Part shown: positions 1 to 11,700 of the stretch, in pieces
Layout of the letters: each line of letters opens with the position of its first letter
Numbering within the stretch: the stretch's first letter is position 1
Assembly: GCF_030684315.1 (NCBI RefSeq)
Contig: NC_081387.1
Span: forward strand, 23,244,647-23,308,646
Source: Stegostoma tigrinum
Taxonomy: Eukaryota
Length of the DNA stretch: 64,000 bases
Direction: 5' to 3'
Notes under the pieces: generated by a model
Database searches by the model: none
What the model saw: the letters and a program-made list of their open reading frames with translations, nothing else
What the model was told of the DNA's origin: nothing
Made by a program: the position numbers and the translations under genes

Positions 1-114
1 GAGAATGAGGCATCCTCTGCAAAGTTGATTACAGTGTAGTGTAGGCGAAGTGACACAAGAATGGCAAATTCAGTTGAGAATCTTAATGTGCGTCTCCATG
101 GATTTGTGTATCTG

Positions 115-447
115 ACATAGAACATAGAACGTTACAGCACAGCACAGGCCCTTCAGCCCTCAATGTTGTGCCGACCTGCCATACCGATCTGAAGCCCATC
201 TAACCTGCACTATTCCATGTACGTCCAAATGCTTATCCAATGACGACGTAAATGTACCTAAAGTTGGTGAATCTACTACTGTTGCAGGCAAAGCGTTCCA
301 ATCCCTTACTACTCTCTGAGTAAAGAAACTACCTCTAACATCTGTCCTATATCTTTCACCCCTCAATTTAAAGCTATGCCCCCTCGTGTTCGCCGTAACC
401 ATCCTAGGAAAAAGGCTCTCCCTCTCCACCCTATCTAACCCTCTGGC
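115..447 (-). mobile_element. CR1/HER1 LINE 3' fragment
   Basis: ORF2 C-terminus ([32 protein letters not shown]) plus (catagaa)n tail on the minus strand. Confidence 0.85.
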
Positions 448-1204
448 GTATAACCATCTTAGTTTATACGGTTCATGACCACAATTATTCAATGTAGGCA
501 ATCAATATTCTGTCAGAAATTTTCAGATGGTTTACTAAGTTTAAGAATGAGCAGTGTAGAAATGGTACATTAGTAAATAAGACAAAAAAACTGATTTGAA
601 ACAAACTTTATCATGCAGCAACTGGTTAGGCTATAGAATGTACTGCCTTGAAATGTGGTGGAGGGATATTCAATTGAGATATTCAAGAGTATATTGGATA
701 GTAATGGTACTCCGGCATATAGGGAAAAGGCAGGAGATTACACTGGTGTATTCCCTTGTGTCAGATACGGTGGACTGAATGGCTATCTTCTGTGCTGAAG
801 GAATCTGTGACTGTGATTGGTGTGCTGTTGCTAGAAGTATTTTCTTTCTCCCCACTGGCTGCAACATGCATTTCTTGTTGTATATTTGAAAGAGGTTGAT
901 TGGTTACAGATTACTTTGCAACAGATTCAGATATACTTGAATGTAACAAGAACATATCAATTAAACAAATCTGAACAGATCACAAATTTATTTCTGTGTG
1001 ATATGAAACAACATTATTTACTGTGTTCGTCATGTTACAATGGAGTCTGTGATGTTGGGGTGGGGAAAAGCTGTGTGAAGTGGGCAGAGACTGAGGAAGA
1101 GTTTTGTATTCACCTCTGGCTCCGTCAAAAGTGGACATTGGCAGGAATATGATCAGGTCTCTGACTGGGTCCACGTGGTCAGATCTAGTCTCCTTACCTT
1201 CACA

Positions 1205-1518
1205 GAATTATAGAATCCCTACAGTGTGAAAACAGGCCCTTCGGGCCAACAAGTCCACACCGAACCTCAGAGCATTCCACCCAAACCCATGCCTTTAGCT
1301 TACCTAATCTACACATCCCTGAACACTACAGGCAATTTAGTATGGCCAATTCTCCTAACCTGCACATCTTCGGACTGTGGGAGGAAACCGGAGCACCCGG
1401 AGGAAACCCACGCAGACGCAGGGAGAAAGTACAAATTCCACACAGACAGTTGCCTGAGGCTAGAATCGAACCTGGGTCCCCGGTGCTGTGAGGCAGCAGT
1501 GCTTATCACTGAGCCACA
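1205..1518 (-). mobile_element. HE1-type tRNA-derived SINE
   Basis: Minus strand shows a tRNA-like head (ggctcagtgataagcac...caggttcgattc), the body shared with 34260-34560 and 38122-38413, and a CR1-like tail. Confidence 0.85.
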
Positions 1519-2423
1519 GAGCCACTCACTTCTAATTTTGTTTTTTATTTAATTGTGTGAGGCCATGTGCTCGGTACGCAGCTTTATTAGATGCAAGCGC
1601 AGGCCACAATCAGAGTATTGACGATATGACCTTAAGGAAAGATATTTGCAGAGAGGGAGTGCAACAAAGTTTCAGCAAAAAATATTCCTGTAATGCAAGG
1701 ATTGTCCTATGAGCAAAGATCATTGGCCTGTATTTCCTGGAGTGAACTTATTCAAACATGAACAATTCCAATGTGGATTGACAAGGAAGGATGAAGCAAT
1801 GTTCCTCCTGCTAGGGGTCTCGAACCAGGTGACACAGTCTCAGACATTTTCTTTAGTTAGGAAGGAGACATGGGCATCACTGGCTGAGCCAGCATTTACT
1901 GTCTGCTCCTAGTTGCCCCCTTTAGTAGGTGATGGTGGTGAGCAACCTTCTTGGACTGCTGCAGTGTATGGGCGGTCAGTAGATCCACAATGCTGTTAGA
2001 GAGGGAGGTCCAGAATGTGCTGTTCTGGCCATATCTGTGCCCAGGGAGCTCTGGTAGGGATCTGTTGCCAGAGGAAGATTGGTGGGTACACCCAAAAAGA
2101 AGGAACTGGAATTCTACCTGAGGAGCTCTTAGGCTTTGCAAGAGGTGATAGCTGTGATTTGGACCATTTACACTGAGTGACTGCCTGCCAATTTGTGAGT
2201 TTGAGCTTTGTTGTATCAGCTACTTAGTATGTAATTTATAGATTAATTGGCCACAATATACCAGCTAATTTGCGTCATTTCTGCATGTTTTGGTTAAATT
2301 AACAATGATCGTGTGAAATCTTGTTTGTTTGATTAAAAGTGTCACCTCATAACAGTGATTTTAAAGTGTAATGATTGATGTATTTGAGATTTACAGTAGT
2401 TAAATGAGACACCACCTCTGCAG

Positions 2424-2771
2424 GTGACTTCCGAGTGAGTGGCCCAGGCCGTCCTGTGGTAGCCGTTGTGGGTGAAGATGCTGTCCTGGAATGTTACCTT
2501 GTGCCGAAGGTATTTGCCAACAACATGGTGGTGCGCTGGTTTAAATCAGGCATTCGGTTACCGGTTCACTCATACAGAAACGGGCAAGACAACACTGCTG
2601 CTCAGCATGAGGATTACAAGAAAAGGACTGAACTGTTTAAAGATGAAGTGTCCAAAGGCAATGTTTCTCTTCGAATAAAGAACATAAGGGTGTTTGACGA
2701 GGGGAAATACCTGTGCACAGTTGATGACAAAACAGCTTTTGAAGAAACTACGATTGAGCTAAAAGTTGGAG
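2424..2771 (+). CDS. BTN-like exon: IgV domain (348 bp)
   Basis: cag|GT GAC TTC... gives [23 protein letters not shown]...VRWF...[34 protein letters not shown]...IELKVG; donor G|gtgagt at 2772. B7/BTN-type V-set motifs. Confidence 0.95.
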
Positions 2772-5700
2772 GTGAGTGAACACATCTACGACAAATCAGT
2801 ACCATATCAAATTGATACTTCAGTCAAAATGCAAGTTGTTTTTATGAAAGTAGTTATTTATCTAGTGAAAACGTTTACTTAGAACATTGAACAACATATT
2901 GTACATTTCATCAGGAAAACACTTGCAGTAAAAAAATTTGCAGGCTGTATTATTGCAGTAGCAGGGGATGATGTACCTGCATAAAGCTGATTTGGTGAAA
3001 GTTGAGGTAGCCAAAAGAGTTTTTTTTCCAGTTTTAATTTCAGAAGTATACTTTATTCACAAGTTATCTATGAGTAAAGACAAGCAGTGCAAAACAGATC
3101 TGTACAGACTTTGCAGGAAGTATCCTGGAATTTTGACATTTCTCTTTAGAGCTTCAATCCATTGCTGCTCACAAAATGGCTGCTGCAAAATGGGTGAATT
3201 TGCCAAATCACCACTGCACTTCCGGCCTCCCAGCCTTCCCTTCTAACATGGGAGTGAAAAGACGTTTCCCTAACTCCTCCCTCTTCATCCCCAAGATTGA
3301 TATCCAAGGGCAGTCATGACTGACCAAATCTGTTCCATTATGGACAGGACTCCTTCCCCGATGATTAGGATTTTGCTAATTCCAGGCTACATTGACAGTT
3401 AGAAGTGTTGCCTTACAGTGTAAATTTATAGAAAGTCTTGCTATATGTTTTTGTATTTCTCGCATATTTTTCTTGGACTTGAAAATTTACCTTTTTTATA
3501 GTTATCCTTTGCTGATTTCTAAAATGTTCTTGACCTTCAGTCCTCCAGTGAATCTTTGGAGCATTGAATGTATTTACTTTCAATTTGACACTGTCCATAA
3601 TTACCTTAGTTCGCTGCAGATGGTCTGCTTCAACTCAATCTGTATTCATTTCTTTATAAATGCGTTTAAGACTGTGAGTGAAAAACCACAATCTCAGTAT
3701 GAAACTCTGTAATGTTATAATCACTCTTTGCGAGGGAATCCTTTACAATGGGATGTTAAACTAATTGTATCTCAGTCCACCCCCACTTCAATGGTACTCT
3801 CTTCCTGGGTGTTGTCATCAGTTTCCTCATGCTCCCTAAAGCCCCTGCAAGAACCATCAAAGCTGTTGGACAGGTACATGGACTGAGGCTCATCCCTCAA
3901 TGTTACCTTCTGGATGTTTAAACTGCCTCATTCCTCCTTCCACCATTCTGTTCCTCACCATGGAACAAATCAGCCTCCGGAGACAGTGTCAAACTTACAT
4001 TCTTCATCCCTGATGCATTGCAGTGTTCGGAGCCTACATTCCTTGAGCTGCAGACCCTTCCTGCACATGACATTGTTGTGGATCACACTGATGTTCACCA
4101 ACATCTGCAACACAGCTGTCTTGCTGTCTTCATCAAGTTGTATTTAATTAATACAAACACATCACTGAATGGTATTAACATGTCAGGCTTTAAGTTTAAT
4201 GCAGTGTTTCAGTTGCAATGGCCCTAATTTAAATAACGGCCCTAATTTTAGAATAAAAGGCACTCCGAACCAATCACCAACCTGCTGACCTAATTCATGC
4301 CTCCAGCTCTCAGCTCTTGGGTCTTACTGACATTTTTTGTCTGTCTCAGGTCACTCCTTGCCTTTCGTTCAAACATCAGAACGATGCCTTGTCTGTCAGT
4401 GTGAGAAAATTGCTGATTTACCACATTTTCTTAGTGGAGTTCCCTGAAACTGTATTCTAACAACTTTGGTTCTGCATGGATCAAAATCTCCTGCGTTCAA
4501 TCTGGCCACGATTTCAAAGAGCTGAATCAGCTTCTAATTTACGAGGCCCAATCAATCGCTTGCTCACTGTGTGGCTGCCTGCAGCTCGTGCCTCTGATTC
4601 TGAAGGAACCTGTAAATTAAGGATAAAGTTAACTTCAATGCCAAGTGCAAAACTTGACTCACTTTTAGAAACAGGTCAACGTTTGAGACACTTCAGATTC
4701 CCTCAAGTATCAGAGTCAGTGCACTGGAGAAGCAAGACTCAGTGAAAGTGAACTTTGAGCTCCTCACAGTGCTTATGAAAGTCAGAATACACCGCTTCAA
4801 TTGTAATGCCCTCATCAAGGCTCTCTTGTTGAATTATTTTATGAGTTAATAAAGTTAAATGCTGATTGCCTTTACAGGTACAGCTGGCCTGCCTTACGTG
4901 ATCCAGATTTATCAAAGTAACTGTTAATTTTCTCCCAGATTATCAGTTCTAAAAGACTTCCTGCCACAAGATGATTAAATGGACTGAACTATAAAATTCA
5001 TACATCTATAAACAGATGTACAATATTTGCACATCTCCACTTCTCTTGAGCCTCAACTACAGCTGAGCAGGACTGGAGGATAATGGCAGAACCTCAGTAA
5101 TGTTGGATGTATCCTATCTGGTTACAGTGATTTATCAGTCGAAGTTCAGCCAGCCGAGTGAATAGTTGTTCTTTTATTTATTTTTAGCCCATCTATGTCT
5201 CAGCTACCTCTCCTCTCTCTGTGACTTCATCAGGATCTTCTGCTTTGGCGTAACACTCAGAAAATAACTCAGCCGTGCCCGTTGTTTCCAGGCACAGATC
5301 CCTTTATTATCAAACTGCAGATGATGGAGATCTGAAACAAAGTCCTGATGAGGAGTCACCAGACTCCAAGCGTTAACTCTACTTTCTGTCTACGGATGCT
5401 GCCTTACCTGCAGAGTTTCACCAGCAATTTCTGTCTTTGTTATGGATTCCTTTGTGATCCCTTATCAGCCCAACCCCTCCTCTAACTATATCTGAGACAT
5501 TTGGATTCCCTTTTGTTTTAATTTTTGGATCAGTAGATTAAAAATACATTTTGTGATGAAATTTCGTACACATCGTATGAATCATGTCACAGAAATACTC
5601 AGGACTATATTATCATTCAATAACAGTAAATGAACATCACTTGTGGGTTAAGAATTGTTTGTGAAATGTTTAAAAGAGTTTTCGATTATTGTAGCAGTGG

Positions 5701-8700
5701 GACGTGAGCACTGGATCCAGGTCGATGGTTACCATAAAAATGGAATTCGGCTTGTGTGTGAATCTAATGGCTGGTTCCCGCAGCCCCAGATATCGTGGAC
5801 TGGTGGAAGTGGACAGAACCTAACAGCAAAGTCTGAAATAAACAATCGACGTGACTCAAAAGGTCTTGTAAATGTCCAGAGCAGTGTAATTGTAACAAAA
5901 GATCCAACAAACAACTTCAAGTGCCTCACACATAACCATCTTTTGAAAGAAGAACAAAAAGCAGACATCCAGATAGCAGGTCAGTAAATGATCAAATACA
6001 GCTTTATTTTCAAAATAAACACTGCTGTTTGTCAAATCCAGAAAAGCAAATTACATAGTAGATGGAATTTACTGGTGCACTGGAGTTCGCTTTTGACTAC
6101 AGTGTCACACTCTGAGGTACCTCATTGCATTTACAATTTGAGTTTACATTTACAGTATACATTTGGATTTCATGTCAAACATTTCTCTGGTGCAGACAGA
6201 AGTAGGCGATGGCCTGATGGTATTATTGCGAGGCTATTAATTCAGAAACCCAGCTCATGTTCTGGGGAACTGTATTCGAATTCCATCACAGCAGATGGTG
6301 GAATTTGAATTCAGTAACAAATTTTTAAAAATGCCTGGAATTAAAAATCTACTGATCGCCATGAAATCCTTGCCAGTTGTTGGAAAAACCCATCTGGTTC
6401 ACCAATGTCTTTCTAGGAAGGGAAATCTGCCATCCTCACCTGGTCTGGCCTACATGTGACCCCAGACGCACAGCAATGTGGTTGGCTCTCAAGTGCCCTC
6501 TGAAATGGCCTAGCAAGCTACTCAGTTGTCCCAATCGCTACAAAGTCTCAAGGAAATGACACCAGATAGATCACCCAGCATCGACCTAGGCACTGGAAAA
6601 GACAACGGCAGAAAGAGCCCTGTTGATCCTGCAAGGTCCTCCTCACTAACACCTGGTGGGGGGGGGGGGGGGGGGGGGGGGGGCGCGAGTGCCAAAGTTG
6701 GGAAGACTGCCTCACACACGAGTTAAGCAACAGCCCGATATAGTCACACTCAGAGAATCATAACTTACAGACAATGTCCCAGACACCACCATCGCCATCC
6801 CTGGTTATGTCCTGTCCCACCAACAGGACAGAGGTGGTTGCACAGAGGTATACATAAGGAAAGTATTGCTCTGGGAGACCTTAATATTGACTTGGGGCCC
6901 CGTGAAGTTTCATGGTTTCAGGTTAAACATGAGCAAGGAAACTTCGTGCTGATTACCACATGCCGTCGTCCCTCAGCAGATGAATCAGCTCTCCTCCCTG
7001 TTGAACAACACTTAGAGGAAGCACTGAGGGTGTCAAGGGGACAAAATGTACTCTGGGTGGGGGATTTCAATGTCCACCACCAAGAATAGCTCGGCAGCAG
7101 TACTACTGATCAGCTGGTCGGGTCCTAAAGGACATAGCTGCTACACAGGGTCTGCGGCAGGTGGAGCGGGAACTAACAAGAGGGAAAAACATACTTGGCC
7201 TCATCCTTACCAATCTGCCAGCTACAGTTGCATCTGTCCATGATAGTATCAGTAGGAGTGACCATCGCACAGTCCTTGTGGAGACAAAGTCCCACCTTCA
7301 CATTGAGAACAACCTCCATCGTGGTGTGTGGCACTATCACCGTGCTAAATGGGACAGACTTCACACGGCTCTAACAACTCAAGCCTGGGCATCCATGAGC
7401 CTCTGTGGGCCATCAACAGCAGCAGAATTGTACTCCAGCACAATCTGTAACCTCATGGCCCAGAATATCCCTCTCTCAACCATTACCATCCAGCCAGGGG
7501 ATCAACCCTGGTTCAATGGAGAGTGCAGGAGGGTGTGCCAGGAGCAGCACCAGGCATTCCTGAAGATGAGATATCAACCTGGCGATGCCACCAAACAGGA
7601 CTACCTGCACGCCAAACAGTGAAAGCAGCAAGTGATAGACAGAGCTAAGTGATCCCACAACCAACAGATCAGATTTAAGCTCTGCAGTCCTGCTACATCC
7701 AGATGTGAATGGAGGTGGACAATTAAACAATTCACTGGAGGAGGAGGGCCCAGAAATATCCCCAACCTCAATGATGGAAGAGCCCAGCACATCAGTGCAG
7801 AAGATAAGGCTGAAGCTTTCACAGCAATCTTCAGCCAGAATTGCTGAGTGGACGATCCATCTCAGCCTCCTCCAGTGGTTCCCAGCTTCACAGATACCAG
7901 TCTTCAGCCAATTCGATTCACTTCATGTGATATCAAGAAATGGTTGGAGACACTGGATCCAGCAAAGGCTATAGGCCTTGACAATATTCCAGCAATAGTA
8001 CTGAAGACTTGTGCTGCAGGACTTGCTGCTCACCTGGCCAAGCTGTTCCAGTCCAGTTGCAACACTGTGGAAAATTGCCCAAGTTTGTCCAGTACACAAA
8101 AAGCATGACAAATCCAACCCGGCCAGTTACCGCCCCATCAGTCTCCTCTCGATCATCAGTAAGCTGATGGAAGGTGTCAGTAACAGCACGATCAAGCAGC
8201 ACCAACTCAGCAATAACCTGCTCAGTGACGCCCAGTTTGGGTTCTGCCAGGGTCACTCAGCTCCTGATCCTGTTCCAGCCTTGGCTCAAACATGGACAAA
8301 AGAACTAAATTCCGGAAGTGAGGTGAGACTGACAGCCTTTGACATCAAGGTGACATTCGACTGAGTGTGGCATTGAGGAGCCCGAACAACACTGGAGTCA
8401 ACGGGTATCGGGGGAAAACTCTCTGGTAGTTGGAGTCATACCTGACACACAGGAAGATGGTTGTGGTCGTTGGAGGTCAATCATCTCAGCTCCAGCTCAT
8501 TTCTGCAGGAGACCCTCAGGGTGGTGTCCTAGGCCCAACCATCTTCAGCTGCCTCATCAATGACCTTCCCTCCATCCTAGGGTCAGAAGTGAGGATGGTG
8601 GCCGATGATTGCACAATGTCCCGCACCATTCGCGACTCCTCAGACACTGAAGCAGCCCGTGTTCAAGTGCAACAAGGTCTGGACAATATAAAGGCTTGGG

Positions 8701-11700
8701 CTGACAAGTGGCAAGTGACATTTGTGCCACACAAATGCCAGGCTATAACCATCTCCAATAAGGGACAATCTAACCACCGACCCTTGGCAATCAATGATGT
8801 TACCATCGCTAAATCCCGCACTGTCAACATTCTGGGGGTTATCATTGGCCAGGAATTCAACTGGACTCACCACATAAACACTGTGGCTACAAGAGCAGGC
8901 CTGAAGCTCGGAATACTGTGGGAGTAACTCCCCTCCTGACTACTTAAAGCCTGTCCAGTGTCTGCAGTTCACAAGTCAGGAGTGTGATGTAATAACCTCC
9001 ATTTGCCCTGGATGGGTGCAGCCCCAACGACACTTAAGAAGCTTGACACCATTCAGGACAAAGCACCCTGCTTGATTGGCACCACATCCACAAGCATCCA
9101 CTCCCTCTACCACCGACGCTCTGTAGCAGCAGTGTGTACTATCTACAAAATAATTCACCAAAGATCTTTGGATAGCACCTTCTAAACAAACAACCACTTC
9201 CATCTAGAAGGACAAGGGGTAACAGACATATGGGAACACCACTACCTTCAAGCTCCAATCCTAACCACATGCCATCCTGACTTGGAAATATGTCGCCGTT
9301 CCTTCACTGCCACTGTGTCAAAATCCTGGAATTCCCTCCCTGATGGCATTATGGGTCAACTCATAGCAGGTCCACTGCAGCGGTTTCAGAAAGCAGCTCA
9401 TCCGCCACCTTCTCGAGGTCAAATGCGGACAAGTAACAAACGCTGGGCCCAGCCAGCGACGCCCATATCCCAGAAACAAGTAGCAAAAAAAGGAACTTGA
9501 GGAATTTGATGTGGGATCCAACTTCTTGGATGGTAGTGCCCCTACCTCTGAGCCAGAAGATCTGATTTCAAGTCCCACCTATTTGAGAGGTGTGTAATAA
9601 CAACCTGGCAAAGGTTGATTTTTAAAAAGCCTTTAATGGAAGGGCCTTACTCTGCGGTGTTTCTCCATTGAGCTTAACAATGGATGTGCCAAGCTCCCAG
9701 CAGGGACCCTGGACCTTGGAATGTGCAAATCCACATTATACAGTTCTTGACAGCTCTCTGTCCTGAAAGATAGACAAATACAAGCAGATTACGAGTAATT
9801 TTCACCCAATTAATAGTGCTCTAGGAGTAGATGATATTCGTCTTGATGCCTTTTGTCTGTTTGTCAATAAATTTCAAAAGGCACAAAAAAACTTTATGCC
9901 GTAAATTGATAATAGCACAAAGAGTGTGGTAAAATTTGAATAAGTCTGGATTCTTGCATCAAAATGATAGTTGTCAACTTGTTGACCATCAATTAACAGC
10001 CCTTTAACTGAGTAGCTTGTTCACCCATTTCAGCTGGTAGTTAAAAGTGTAGGTTTGGAGTGACAAGTAGGCCAGGCCAGGTAAAAATGGCTGATTTCCC
10101 TACTCTGAAGGACATTTGCGAAACAGATGGGTTTTTTCAATAATTGATGTTCACTTTACAGTCACCACTATAGAGACCGGCTTCAAATTTCAGGTTTTAT
10201 TTGTTGAATTTAAATTTCATCAACTGCTGTGCTGGGTTTGAACCTGTATCCCCAGAACATTCTCTTGGACCCCAGTGACATTTCCACTTCATCATGCACT
10301 GGGTCCAATAGCACTGCCCATTTTTGACCCACATGTTTAAAGAGGCCAGCTTTGGCCAGTTGAGTTAGTAGCACAGTAAACAGTCATGCAAAAGCCGTGG
10401 TTGATGGGATCCAAGTGACTCAAGGAGAAGAGAGTGACATGGGCAATTTTAACTGCCCACTTATTTGTTTGAAACCTCAGCCTTCAGCATGGGGCCATAA
10501 ACTCGAAATTGTGCTAAAATCAGTCATTTGAAAAGGATGATTACAGTGGAAGAGGTCAGAAGTTAAAAGTATCTGATTAACTGCCATTTACTTTGCAGAT
10601 GACTTCTTCCCATCTGTCTCAGGCTGGCTGGTGTTTTTATCTGTGGTGCTCTGTCTTCTCATAATTACTTTAATCGCTGGGATCCTTTGGGATGTGAAAC
10701 AACTCAGAAATATTAAAGGTACAGTCTCAAATTCAATGACAATGGAGGAGACAGATTCGGGACTTAAGGAAAATGTTAAAACTGAACCAGGGTCTTTTTG
10801 TTTGTATTTTTTGTGTTGCACCATAGATGTGATAATTCAGTCATGAAAGTTTTGGTCACAGTGGGAGGGGAGGAGATTGCTGTTTTAATGAAGCCAGCAG
10901 CATGTCTGAGAGATCCCTTTGTTTTAATTTTTTTTCATCAAATATTATTGTTTTCAAAGATAATGGGAACTGCAGATGCTGGAGAATCTGAGATAACAAA
11001 GTGTGAAGCTGGATGAACACAGCAGCCAAGCAGCATCTTGTGCTCCTAAGATGCTGCTTGGCCTGCTGTGTGCCTCCAGTTTCACACTTTGTTATCTCAT
11101 TGTTTTCAATTTTTTTTCCCATATCTGCAAAAAAGATCTTTTTGTTTAATTTTCTTCTACCTCCTCATCAATCTTCTGTACAAAGAAGCCAATTTCATTG
11201 TATAATACAACATGAAACGCAGCACAGTCTAACTCTTTACCATCTAAATAGAGCTTGGTGTGTGTTACACTGAAGAAGTGCTAATCTGGGTTTGTTTCAA
11301 ATTGAAATGAATGCTATTAGTTCGTAGTAAGTGCAAGTATGTCAGTTGAATTAAGTCACATTTATTTTTAATTCCAATTTATATTTAATGGATTTCTTTC
11401 AGAACTGCGGCATGACAAGACGATTGAACAATACGGTAAGAAATGATGAAATATTTGTCCTCCAGCCAGGGGCCTAGGTATTTTGACGTGCAGATGGCAC
11501 ATCTAACTGCTAAATAATGCCTGTTAAGCAGTCTTACTGAAAATTACTTTGTGCACAATTTACCATATAAGCAGTACCCTTGCAAAATTTGCCATTTTTG
11601 AGGTAAATGTTGCTGAGATTCGCTGATGTTTTTACAGACTAAAATCCCGCTTGATAGATCATTGTTTGCTTCTTCCTTGTATTTAATGATGTGGTCATTC

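Noticed and set aside
1-2423. BTN leader (signal-peptide) exon
   Set aside because: No ATG-initiated hydrophobic exon with a phase-1 donor found; ORF 886..1152 is not signal-like. Probably upstream of the window.
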